A stretch of DNA of 64,000 nt, taken from an uncultured Candidatus Saccharibacteria bacterium (GTDB lineage Bacteria; Patescibacteriota; Doudnabacteria; UBA920). The stretch is taken from contig CAYJQY010000002.1 of the NCBI GenBank assembly GCA_964372905.1, forward strand, positions 38,796 through 102,795, read 5' to 3'. The notes under the pieces are model-generated. The model had not been told where the DNA came from. It did no database searches and saw only the letters and a program-made list of their open reading frames with translations. Below, one piece after another: positions 47,091 through 54,741 of this stretch (the stretch's first letter is position 1; each line of letters begins with the position of its first letter). A program made the position numbers and the translations under genes.

Positions 47091-47915
47091 TTATTCGCTG
47101 GAAATTATCAGTTTTATCTGCTCAAGCAGATTTTTTAGATACTTTAGTTGATTTTGGCGTACCAATTGTTCCTGGCCCTCTTTAATTAATACTTTTGAAA
47201 TAATCTCTCCTTCCGGCTTATCCCCGCGCGTCAGCACTACATCGGTTGCTTTAGCTTCGTCGGTGGGCTCTGCGGGATCAAAAAATTTCATACCATACTG
47301 CTCAATTCCTAATTTACCCCCAGGGTTATAGAGTGCTTGCCATCGCTCCGATTGTTGAGTACGGTCAGGTTCTTTAAGCCGCTTCAAATATCTTGAAGAA
47401 TCATCCATAATTTCCCAAACCATTATTTGATTGAACTTATTTGCCAGAAGCTGCAGTGTACGCAGAAAAACAATATCAATAGGTGTGGCGTATTTTCTAT
47501 TCCGGATTCCTGTAATAATATTTCCTTCAATCTCTGTATAGCCATCTGGTTTTTTCTCGAAAGTTGCTATGCGGTCTCCAAAAATCTCCCCATCTTTATT
47601 TTGCCCTACTATTAGCAAGTATGGTTGAGGGCTAAAATTCGCAAAAATTGGCGTGACCACCACAGGCTCTTGCAGTGAGGTAGCAATATGGTAATGAGGT
47701 CCGATTTGCAGAATTTCAGGATTTCTCTCGCAGACTTCACTGAACATTTCATGGATGTCTGATAATGCGGGCCGGCAGCGATATTCTGGTAATAGCTGAG
47801 GATTAGCCGTCACTCTACGATAGTGAGGCGGTGGTTGGTCTGACGATGCTAAAATTTCAGGACTAGGTATTAATGAATCAGCATCTGATTTGATTGTTTC
47901 AGGTCCGTTTTCCAT
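47091..47915 (-). CDS. Hypothetical protein, low GC, co-transcribed immediately upstream of valS
   Basis: ATG at 47915 (MENGPETIKS). The stop lies 3 bp before the valS start. No recognisable domain. Composition is clearly more AT-rich than its neighbours. Confidence 0.5.
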   Translation of the reverse strand: MENGPETIKSDADSLIPSPEILASSDQPPPHYRRVTANPQLLPEYRCRPALSDIHEMFSEVCERNPEILQIGPHYHIATSLQEPVVVTPIFANFSPQPYLLIVGQNKDGEIFGDRIATFEKKPDGYTEIEGNIITGIRNRKYATPIDIVFLRTLQLLANKFNQIMVWEIMDDSSRYLKRLKEPDRTQQSERWQALYNPGGKLGIEQYGMKFFDPAEPTDEAKATDVVLTRGDKPEGEIISKVLIKEGQEQLVRQNQLKYLKNLLEQIKLIISSE

Positions 47916-47924
47916 GGGGTTTTG

Positions 47925-48207
47925 AAAAATAAAAATAAAAAACACCTAAATCGGTGCTCAAGAGTCCCGCATCCGCCAATCGGCGGAAAAGAGGGACGGT
48001 ACCATCTTGATTTCCATCCGGCTGCGCGGGGCGGCCGGAGAATGGACGCTTGCTTTTGCCGCTGTAACGGGCGGCCCCGGCGGGGTCTACTGGCTACTTG
48101 CAACCGCCTCGAGCGGAGTCAAGGGGTAATAAGCAGTATTCTTCCCGCGCCTTGTTCCGATTTTCGCAGAACGCTCTGGTGACGGCCAGAGCCAAGGCTG
48201 GCTCCCA
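47925..48207 (-). promoter_or_regulatory. T-box riboswitch leader (transcription attenuation) controlling hypothetical gene + valS
   Basis: Minus-strand RNA carries AGUA boxes and F-box CCGUUA (+48065-48070). The T-box AAUCAAGAUGGUACCGUCC (+47994-48013) forms an antiterminator: CAAGA/UCUUG helix, UGGUACC bulge, GUCCC/GGGAC helix. A mutually exclusive terminator GAGCACC-GAUUUA-GGUGUUU with a U-run follows (+47925-47960). Confidence 0.6.
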
Positions 48208-48213
48208 GGTTAG

Positions 48214-48242
48214 ATTATAACACGGCTGTAATTATTTGTAAA
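48214..48242 (-). promoter_or_regulatory. Sigma70 promoter of the T-box leader
   Basis: Minus strand TTTACA-17 nt-TATAAT. The predicted TSS is near +48207. Confidence 0.6.
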
Positions 48243-48254
48243 TTAGTTTTTAGT

Positions 48255-48292
48255 GCTTGATCTTTCCGACTGCTTGCTGGTCGGAGGATCAT
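48255..48292. repeat. ~40-bp repeat element, copy 1 (GCTTGATCTTTCCGAC-N-GCTTGCTGG...)
   Basis: Shares 16 + 9 identical bases with 51449..51487. It lies just upstream of the -35 of the minus-strand T-box promoter. Confidence 0.6.
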
Positions 48293-48613
48293 TTACCCGG
48301 CCAGTTCTTTTGCATTATCAGCCGCTGTCCTCGGGCTGGAGGGTGCGGCTTCTTCATCCGCCCTATTTGCATGAAGAGATTGAGCGTGATCAGCTTCGGC
48401 CCTGTTTATTATTGACTGACGAACATCTGGATCTTCATACTCCCCATCAGGCTTGTTGCCTGGCCCGATTGAGAATTTCGGAGATTTATCGGCAACAGTT
48501 GTCTTGGTCGCATCTCTTTGATTTTTTCCTGATGTTCCCGAGACTTGGAATTCTCCACTTTTCCCTGAAGGCTCTTCCGAAATTTTAAACTCCCTACCTC
48601 TTCTTTCTCTCAT
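48293..48613 (-). CDS. Possible small acidic low-complexity protein translationally coupled to tsaD (ATGA overlap)
   Basis: The ATG at 48613 overlaps the tsaD TGA. 106 aa, hydrophilic (MRERRGREFKISEEPSGK...). It competes with a + strand ORF at 48253..48588 whose TTG start lies in the repeat. Confidence 0.3.
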   Translation of the reverse strand: MRERRGREFKISEEPSGKSGEFQVSGTSGKNQRDATKTTVADKSPKFSIGPGNKPDGEYEDPDVRQSIINRAEADHAQSLHANRADEEAAPSSPRTAADNAKELAG

Positions 48614-49785
48614 ACATTTACATTTAATTCCCAACCTGAATTAGCCCGGACTTTATTAAAGTATACAGGTTTAAATTTGCCGCGCAAGCGGAAACAGGCG
48701 GCTAGGGCGATCATGGCGGCGTTGTCGGTGCAGAGTTTCAGTGACGGGACCAAAAATTGGAGATGATGCTGGCGCGCGGCGCTTGCCAAATCGCGCCGCA
48801 GTTTTTTATTGGCGGCCACTCCGCCGGACAGCGAAACAGTCTTGGCTTTGCATTCTTTGGCGGCGCGTAAGGTTTTGGCGACCAAAGTGTCAATAACAGC
48901 CTGCTGGAATGACGCGGCGATATCGGCTTTTTGCCGGACGGAAATTTTTTTGTTAGCAGCGCGCTTGCCGGCACCATGTTTGCCATTGCCGCGGATTTGA
49001 TCTCGCATATAATACAGCACCGCCGTCTTCAATCCGGAAAAAGAAAAATCGTAATTTTTAGAGTTGATCATTGGCCGCGGAAATTGGATTGATGGTTTGC
49101 CACACAGAGCCAGCTTGCTGATCTCCGGCCCGCCGGGATAGGGCAGCCCCAGCAGCCGGGCAACTTTGTCAAACGCTTCGCCAGCCGCATCATCTAAAGT
49201 TTGTCCGAGCACTTCAAAATTTTGGTAGTCGTGCATCAATATCAGCATAGTGTGGCCGCCGCTGGCCAGAAGGGCTACGAGAGGAAATTTTACGTTGAAT
49301 GGCTGGCGCAGACTGCCAAAAATCGAATATAAATGCCCAGCCATGTGATTGACCGGGATCATAGTTTTTTTGTTGGCCATGGCCAAAGTTTTGGCGAATT
49401 CAACTCCGACGATAAGCGAAACAATGAGGCCCGGGCCTGCGGTCACGGCAATGTGGTCAAGCTCGGCCAATTTCACGCCCGCCCGCTTGAGCGTTTCGCG
49501 GGTAACCGGTGCCATAGCGGCAACATGCGCCCGTGCCGCGACTTCCGGAATCACCCCGCCGCTTTTTTTGTGGAGCAAAATCTGCGAGCGCACCACGGAG
49601 GATAAGATTTGGAAATTAGGATGAATGCCCGCGCCGCCGCGGAGGGCTACGCGACCGCCGCGGCGCAAATCAGCGCGCACATCCCCGCGCAACACCGCGG
49701 CCGCGGTTTCATCGCAACTGGATTCAATTGCTAAAATGGTTATATTTTTTTGACCAGCCGTGACTTTTGCCATGCTGTTATTCAA
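48610..49785 (-). CDS. tsaD: tRNA N6-adenosine threonylcarbamoyltransferase TsaD (Kae1/YgjD)
   Basis: ILAIESSCDETAAAV and metal-binding HMAGH. An approximately 20-aa Arg/Gly-rich insertion (DVRADLRRGGRVALRGGAGIHPNF) follows the N-terminal motif. Confidence 0.9.
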   Translation of the reverse strand: MNNSMAKVTAGQKNITILAIESSCDETAAAVLRGDVRADLRRGGRVALRGGAGIHPNFQILSSVVRSQILLHKKSGGVIPEVAARAHVAAMAPVTRETLKRAGVKLAELDHIAVTAGPGLIVSLIVGVEFAKTLAMANKKTMIPVNHMAGHLYSIFGSLRQPFNVKFPLVALLASGGHTMLILMHDYQNFEVLGQTLDDAAGEAFDKVARLLGLPYPGGPEISKLALCGKPSIQFPRPMINSKNYDFSFSGLKTAVLYYMRDQIRGNGKHGAGKRAANKKISVRQKADIAASFQQAVIDTLVAKTLRAAKECKAKTVSLSGGVAANKKLRRDLASAARQHHLQFLVPSLKLCTDNAAMIALAACFRLRGKFKPVYFNKVRANSGWELNVNV

Positions 49786-49803
49786 CCCGCGTGGCTATCG
49801 GCA

Positions 49804-50100
49804 TCATGAGATGTCCCCTTCGGCAAGTACCATCGTGATACCACTAGTGCAAGCAGGCTGATAATAATGCTGGCAATCCAAATTGGGTGGAGGAAGGAAA
49901 GCATCTACCGGAGCGCCTTGTTCCAGGGTCTTGACCACTTCTTGGGTCAGTTCAATCTGCGGGTCATTGGCCGATTGCCGGTAGATTTGCTGAACCGTAA
50001 CGTAAATGGTGCCGAAGATTATAGTTAAAATGGCCGCGCTAAGCAGCCAGATCAAACTTGATTTTAACGCGGTGCCGAGGTTGTGGTGCATTATTATCAA
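49804..50100 (-). CDS. Small membrane protein, hypothetical
   Basis: 98 aa with one N-terminal TM (SSLIWLLSAAILTIIFGTIYV). Directly upstream of tsaD on the same strand. Confidence 0.4.
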   Translation of the reverse strand: MIIMHHNLGTALKSSLIWLLSAAILTIIFGTIYVTVQQIYRQSANDPQIELTQEVVKTLEQGAPVDAFLPPPNLDCQHYYQPACTSGITMVLAEGDIS

Positions 50101-50163
50101 ATTTAATAACTGTCTTGTTTAATTGTATAGCAAGTTTTTCAACGGGACAAACATTGCAGCCGC

Positions 50164-51207
50164 TTAGGGATTGAGCGCGCTGTATTGACCGCGAGATTGC
50201 ACGATGCTTTTGATTTGCAGGCCTTGATCAAAGTTATTGGCGGTAACCATATCACTGGCCTTAATGCCCCAAGAGTTCATATCTGACAAGTTTGAAAAGC
50301 ATCGCCTGCCCGGAGTACCTTGTGCCCTAAAAACGCTTTCAATGATGCAAATGGTTCCGCGGTCATTAATTACCGTGCCGCTGGAATGAGCCATCTGGCT
50401 AGTATTGATTGGCGTTAGTGTTGTCAAAAATGAGGTGTCGCCATCAAGCACATCGGCAAACGAATATCCCAGCCCCAAAAATACTTCGGCAGAAGTGAAT
50501 CCGACCCGATAGCCGTCGCTAATAATGTAGACGGTTCCGTGATCCTTAATAAGCGAGCCGTCGCGGGGAGGGATAAAGGCAACGCCGCCTGTTCCAGCGG
50601 ATCCTATCGGCAAAGCCAGATCGTATGAATTAGCCGGGACTACTCCGGCCCAGGTATTGTAGCCGTAGGACAGAAATGCTCCGGCAGACGTGTATGGCTG
50701 GCGTGCACCAAGGATGATCCGGTAAATCGTGCCGCCGGAAGTTAAAATATTAGTGCCGTCAGGATGGGCTTGGTTACCGGGCAAGGGTGTTCCGGCCGGA
50801 GCGACGGTTAAGGTAATCGGGAACACAAGCGCTGCGCCTGCAAAATTACCGCGAATGTATATCGCGGTGGTGTATGTGCCAACGGCCAGGTTGGTTACGT
50901 CAGCGCTGGCGCCAATGCCGCTTGGCGAACCAGGATACGCCGGTAATGTATCCGTTGCGTATCCGGTATTGAGCCAATGCGGTTGGTTCGGCACATCAAT
51001 CGTATAATAGATGATGCTATCCGTGTCGTTGGTAAATGTGACAGACTGGGGTGAGGGCAAACCGCCGCCTTGAGCATAGAAAAAATTAAACGAACTTTGC
51101 GATACTGAAAAAGGAGAAGATGAAGCAGCTGCGAGTGCTATTCCCGCCGAACCGATGAGATAAGCCAACAGGAACAGGGCCAGAATCGGTAGGAATAATT
51201 TTTTCAT
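50164..51207 (-). CDS. Secreted protein with signal peptide and three internal ~30-aa repeats
   Basis: Signal peptide MKKLFLPILALFLLAYLIGSAGIALA. Repeats of the form GGTIYRIILGARQPYTSAGAFLSYGY, HGTVYIISDGYRVGFTSAEVFLGLGY and RGTICIIESVFRAQG. Confidence 0.55.
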   Translation of the reverse strand: MKKLFLPILALFLLAYLIGSAGIALAAASSSPFSVSQSSFNFFYAQGGGLPSPQSVTFTNDTDSIIYYTIDVPNQPHWLNTGYATDTLPAYPGSPSGIGASADVTNLAVGTYTTAIYIRGNFAGAALVFPITLTVAPAGTPLPGNQAHPDGTNILTSGGTIYRIILGARQPYTSAGAFLSYGYNTWAGVVPANSYDLALPIGSAGTGGVAFIPPRDGSLIKDHGTVYIISDGYRVGFTSAEVFLGLGYSFADVLDGDTSFLTTLTPINTSQMAHSSGTVINDRGTICIIESVFRAQGTPGRRCFSNLSDMNSWGIKASDMVTANNFDQGLQIKSIVQSRGQYSALNP

Positions 51208-51258
51208 AATCGGAAGTTAATGGTTATTAACACTATACCATGTTTATCAAATTTTTGC

Positions 51259-51333
51259 TGGTAGCCCATGGGGGAATCGAACCCCCGTTACCTGGCTGAA
51301 AACCAGATGTCCTAACCACTAGACGAATGGGCC
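51259..51333 (-). tRNA. tRNA-Glu (anticodon UUC), CCA encoded
   Basis: Manual fold: acceptor GGCCCAT/ATGGGCT (G1-U72), D-arm GTCT/GGAC with loop AGTGGTTA, anticodon stem TCTGG/CCAGG with loop TTTTCAG (UUC), T-arm GGGGG-TTCGATT-CCCCC, discriminator A, then CCA. Confidence 0.85.
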
Positions 51334-51448
51334 GCGGGGTCGCGTTTACGCGTATCATCGCCGCTAATGATCCAAAAATTTTGGCGGCAAAACTATCTAA
51401 CTTTATCACAGCTGGCAGGTTTTTTCAATCCCGGGCTTTAGATATAGC

Positions 51449-51487
51449 GCTTGATCTTTCCGACCAGCTTGCTGGCTGTGGAGATTC
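51449..51487. repeat. ~40-bp repeat element, copy 2
   Basis: GCTTGATCTTTCCGACCAGCTTGCTGGCTGTGGAGATTC. It lies between divergent promoters: livK on the + strand, and a TTGAAA-17-TAAAGT candidate upstream of tRNA-Glu on the - strand. Confidence 0.6.
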
Positions 51488-51541
51488 GTTTAACTCCTAT
51501 TGAAGCCCCCTCATCGACCATAAAAGCCACAAAAAGTCAAT

Positions 51542-51570
51542 TTGACAGCCGACCCTTTTTGGCTTATATA
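51542..51570 (+). promoter_or_regulatory. Sigma70-type promoter of the liv cluster
   Basis: TTGACA-17 nt-TATATA about 40 nt upstream of the livK-like ATG at 51607. Confidence 0.5.
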
Positions 51571-51606
51571 TCTTATATATGGAGCAAAAGTATTAACCTA
51601 AAAATT

Positions 51607-52776
51607 ATGGACAAAACAACAAGGACAGTCGTGTGGGTCGTCATAGCCCTGGTGGTAATCGGCTTGGTTTACGCTATGGCCAAGCGGTCGGACAACCAGC
51701 AGGCGTCGAACGGCGATAAAATGGTGGCGGGGGAAACGTATAAAGTTGGTTTTTCATTTCCCTTGACTGGCGATGCTGCTTCGTACGGTGAACCGGCCCG
51801 CAATGTAGTGCAGTTAGCTATCGATGAAATTAATGACATTGGGGGAGTGAACGGCAAAAAACTGGAAGCGATTTTTGAAGATGATAAGTGCAATGGCAAG
51901 GATGCCGCCAATGCCGCTCAAAAATTAGTTAATGTTGATCGCGTACAAGTAATCATCGGCAGTATGTGTAGTAGCGCTAGTTTGGCCGAAGTACCAATAG
52001 TTACTGCAGGAAAAATTGTTATGTTTTCACCAGGTTCAACTAATCCGGGATTAACCGGCATCAGCAAATATTTTTTCCGCAATATTCCCAGTGATGCAAG
52101 CCAGGGAGCCGTTGACGCAGAGTTTGTCTATAAGAGAGGACTACGCAAGGCGGCCTTTATCGTAGAATCCAAAGATTACCCCTTGGGTATCTATAAGGCA
52201 TTTTCCGAGCGTTTCCAACAGCTCGGAGGCACGACCCTGAAAGAAGAATTCCCGACTGACGCTACCGATTTCCGTACGCAGTTAACAAAGTTGCGCAGCC
52301 AGAATCCAGACTTGTTATTTATTGACCCGCAGGCGCCAGCGAGTGCGGAACGAATCTTAAAGCAGTTGAAAGATTTGGGATGGAAAGTTCAGTTGATGAT
52401 TAATGAAGCTACCGCTGGTGATCAAAAGACGATTGCTGATAATAAAGATATGTTGGAGGGTGCTTACGGGGCTGAATTTGTACTTGATCAAAGCAATTCT
52501 AAATTACAGCACTTACTTGAATCCTACAAAAAAAGGTATGGCGGTGAACTGCCATTTCAGAGTTATGGGTCAACCGAATATGATGCTGTGTACCTGATTC
52601 GTGATGGCATAGCGGCAGTTGGATATGATGGGGAAAAGTTAGCCGACTGGTCTCGTACTGTTAAAGATTGGGATGGAGCATCTGGCAAGACAACTATTAA
52701 GTCAGATGGTGACCGCGAGAGTGGTTACTCTTCGGAAATCGTGAAAGATGGCAAGATGACAGTTTATAAAGAGTAG
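51607..52776 (+). CDS. livK: Branched-chain amino acid ABC transporter substrate-binding protein (LivK/LivJ family)
   Basis: N-terminal TM/signal anchor MDKTTRTVVWVVIALVVIGLVYA. Peripla_BP_6-like KVGFSFPLTGDAASYG. The upstream part of the listed ORF, from a TTG inside the repeat, was rejected. Confidence 0.8.
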   Translation: MDKTTRTVVWVVIALVVIGLVYAMAKRSDNQQASNGDKMVAGETYKVGFSFPLTGDAASYGEPARNVVQLAIDEINDIGGVNGKKLEAIFEDDKCNGKDAANAAQKLVNVDRVQVIIGSMCSSASLAEVPIVTAGKIVMFSPGSTNPGLTGISKYFFRNIPSDASQGAVDAEFVYKRGLRKAAFIVESKDYPLGIYKAFSERFQQLGGTTLKEEFPTDATDFRTQLTKLRSQNPDLLFIDPQAPASAERILKQLKDLGWKVQLMINEATAGDQKTIADNKDMLEGAYGAEFVLDQSNSKLQHLLESYKKRYGGELPFQSYGSTEYDAVYLIRDGIAAVGYDGEKLADWSRTVKDWDGASGKTTIKSDGDRESGYSSEIVKDGKMTVYKE

Positions 52777-52860
52777 CCGCGCTTTGTAGCCGCGCTCTTC
52801 TAAAAGAGGGCGGTTTTGATATATAAGCCAAAATTGGCTATACTGGAGCCATAAAGTCTC

Positions 52861-53727
52861 ATGTCCATCCTCCCGCAGCTGATTGCCAACAGCGTTATTG
52901 CCGGCGCCATCTATGCCCTCATCGCGCTCGGTTTTAATTTGGTCTACTCGACGACCAAGTTTTTTAATTTGACGCACGGCGTAATGGCCGCGGTCGGCGG
53001 CTACGCCGTGTTTTATCTGGCGGCTACTTTGGGTTGGAACATTCATGTCAGCGTCATAGTCGGCGCTTTGGCCGCGGGTGCGCTCGGCTACGTTTTAGAC
53101 CGGCTGGTCTACCGTCCGCTGCGCCGGCGCAAGGCTTCGCGCCTGGTTTTGCTCGTTGCCTCGCTGGGCGCGTTCACCGTAATCCAGGCCACGCTGGCTA
53201 TTATTTTTACCAGCCAGTTTCAGACTTTGTCGCAGTACGCGCCCATTCAAAAAATTTACGAAATCGGCGGCGCGGCCATTACCGGCGTGCAGCTTCTGAT
53301 TTTATTTTCCTCTCTGGCCATTATGTTGATCCTGACGCTTGTCCTTAAATTTACGTTGTTCGGGACCGCGGTCAAAGCCATTGCCGATGATGAGGAAGTC
53401 GCCAAAATTGTCGGCATTGATACCGATAAAATTATCGGCCGCGTGTTTTTTATTGGTTCGGCCATTGCCGGGCTGGTGGGAATTTACGTGGGCTTTGACA
53501 CGGGCATTGAACCAACCATGGGCCTGCGCCTTCTGCTGTCCGGCGTCATCGCTTCCATTATCGGGGGTGTGGGCAATGTTTACGCCGGCGTGGTTGGCGC
53601 GTTCGTGCTGGGCTTCGCGGAAAACTTCGGCATCTGGAAAATTTCCGGCGAATGGAAAGACGCCATCGCTTTCGGCCTGCTGATTTTATTTTTAATTTTC
53701 CGGCCGCAGGGAATTTTTAAAAGATGA
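52861..53727 (+). CDS. livH: Branched-chain amino acid ABC transporter permease LivH
   Basis: 288 aa with 8 TM helices. LivH-type N-terminus MSILPQLIANSVIAGAIYALIALGFNLVY. Confidence 0.85.
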   Translation: MSILPQLIANSVIAGAIYALIALGFNLVYSTTKFFNLTHGVMAAVGGYAVFYLAATLGWNIHVSVIVGALAAGALGYVLDRLVYRPLRRRKASRLVLLVASLGAFTVIQATLAIIFTSQFQTLSQYAPIQKIYEIGGAAITGVQLLILFSSLAIMLILTLVLKFTLFGTAVKAIADDEEVAKIVGIDTDKIIGRVFFIGSAIAGLVGIYVGFDTGIEPTMGLRLLLSGVIASIIGGVGNVYAGVVGAFVLGFAENFGIWKISGEWKDAIAFGLLILFLIFRPQGIFKR

Positions 53728-53748
53728 AACTTAGATTATTTTGATGGG

Positions 53749-53837
53749 CGGCTCGGGATACTTTTTCTCCTGGCTGCGGAACTCGCCGCTTCGCGGCTCA
53801 AACAGTCCTCGCGTAGTCGAAAAAGATCCGCTCGCCG
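53749..53837. repeat. 90-bp intergenic repeat element, copy B (livH-livM spacer)
   Basis: See copy A. It had been wrongly translated as the first 39 codons of the listed 53741 ORF. It has an in-frame stop in copy A and a frameshifting indel between copies, so it is non-coding. Confidence 0.8.
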
Positions 53838-53857
53838 CCTTAAGCAATAGCAAATTT

Positions 53858-54724
53858 ATGGAATATTTAACTCATCTCGCAATCCTGGTTTCCATCTACG
53901 CCATTTTGGCCATGAGCTTGAATTTGGTTGTGGGATATACCGGCTTGCTGGCTTCAGGCCACGCGGCGTTTTACGGGATTGGCGCATACGTAACCGCGTT
54001 GCTCCTCACCCGTGTCGGCATGAATTTTTTCCCCGCCTTGGGTTTAGCCATACTTATTTCCGCCGGCGCTGGTCTGGCCATTGGCCTGGTTTTAAGCCGT
54101 TTCAAAGCCGACTTTTATGTCCTGGCCTCGCTCGGCTTTAATGCCATTGTCTTTAGCATCATGCTCAATTGGCAAGATCTCACCCGTGGCCCGTTGGGCA
54201 TTCCCGGCATTCCGCGGCCCCAGCTGGCGGGCTTGGATTTTTCATCAAACCAAAATTTTCTGCTGCTGTCTGTTGTGCTGGCCGTGGTAGTGTATGTGCT
54301 GGCGCGACTCATTGCCAATTCTTCTTTCGGCCGCGTGCTCAAAGCCATTCGGGAAGATGAAACCGTAGCTGGCGTGTTTGGCTATCACACTATGCATTAT
54401 AAATTGATAATATTCGTCATCGCCGCTGGCCTCGCCGCCATTGCCGGCGCGCTGTTCGCCTCGTATATTACCTTTATTGATCCTACCACGTTCAACATCG
54501 CCGAATCAATTTTCCTCTTGGCCATAATTATTCTCGGTGGCCTGGCCAATTTAAATGGAGCGATTCTTGGCGCGCTGTTTTTAACCCTGCTGCCCGAACT
54601 CCTGCGCTTCGTGGGCTTTCCCTCGGATGTGGCCGCGCAAATGCGCCAGGTCGTCTATGGTTTGCTGCTGATTATTTTGATGCTGTACCGGCCCCAGGGC
54701 CTGATGGGGGAGTATAAGCTATAA
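53858..54724 (+). CDS. livM: Branched-chain amino acid ABC transporter permease LivM
   Basis: Start at MEYLTHLAILVS. LivM-type TM layout. 289 aa. Confidence 0.85.
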   Translation: MEYLTHLAILVSIYAILAMSLNLVVGYTGLLASGHAAFYGIGAYVTALLLTRVGMNFFPALGLAILISAGAGLAIGLVLSRFKADFYVLASLGFNAIVFSIMLNWQDLTRGPLGIPGIPRPQLAGLDFSSNQNFLLLSVVLAVVVYVLARLIANSSFGRVLKAIREDETVAGVFGYHTMHYKLIIFVIAAGLAAIAGALFASYITFIDPTTFNIAESIFLLAIIILGGLANLNGAILGALFLTLLPELLRFVGFPSDVAAQMRQVVYGLLLIILMLYRPQGLMGEYKL

Positions 54725-54741
54725 TAAGTAAGAATGACAAA

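Noticed and set aside
47870-48182. Listed ORFs 47922..48182 (+, 86 aa) and 47870..48103 (-, 77 aa) in a GC-rich stretch. I also considered RNase P RNA, tmRNA, SRP RNA and 6S RNA for this region.
   Set aside because: The ORFs are Arg/Cys-rich GC-artefact translations. No RNase P P4 (GGAAAGUCCGG, AGGGUGAAA), tmRNA tRNA-like end or tag frame, or SRP domain IV motif is present. The region is better explained as a T-box leader with promoter, F-box, T-box and terminator.
51451-51606. Upstream extension of the livK ORF starting at a TTG inside the 40-bp repeat.
   Set aside because: It starts within the repeat element with no RBS. The signal-anchor N-terminus and the promoter favour the ATG at 51607.
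53741-53857. Upstream extension of the livM ORF (MMGGSGYFFSWLRNSPLRGSN...).
   Set aside because: The extension is the translation of the 90-bp repeat. The same frame has a stop in the other copy. The LivM N-terminus aligns from MEYLTHLA at 53858.
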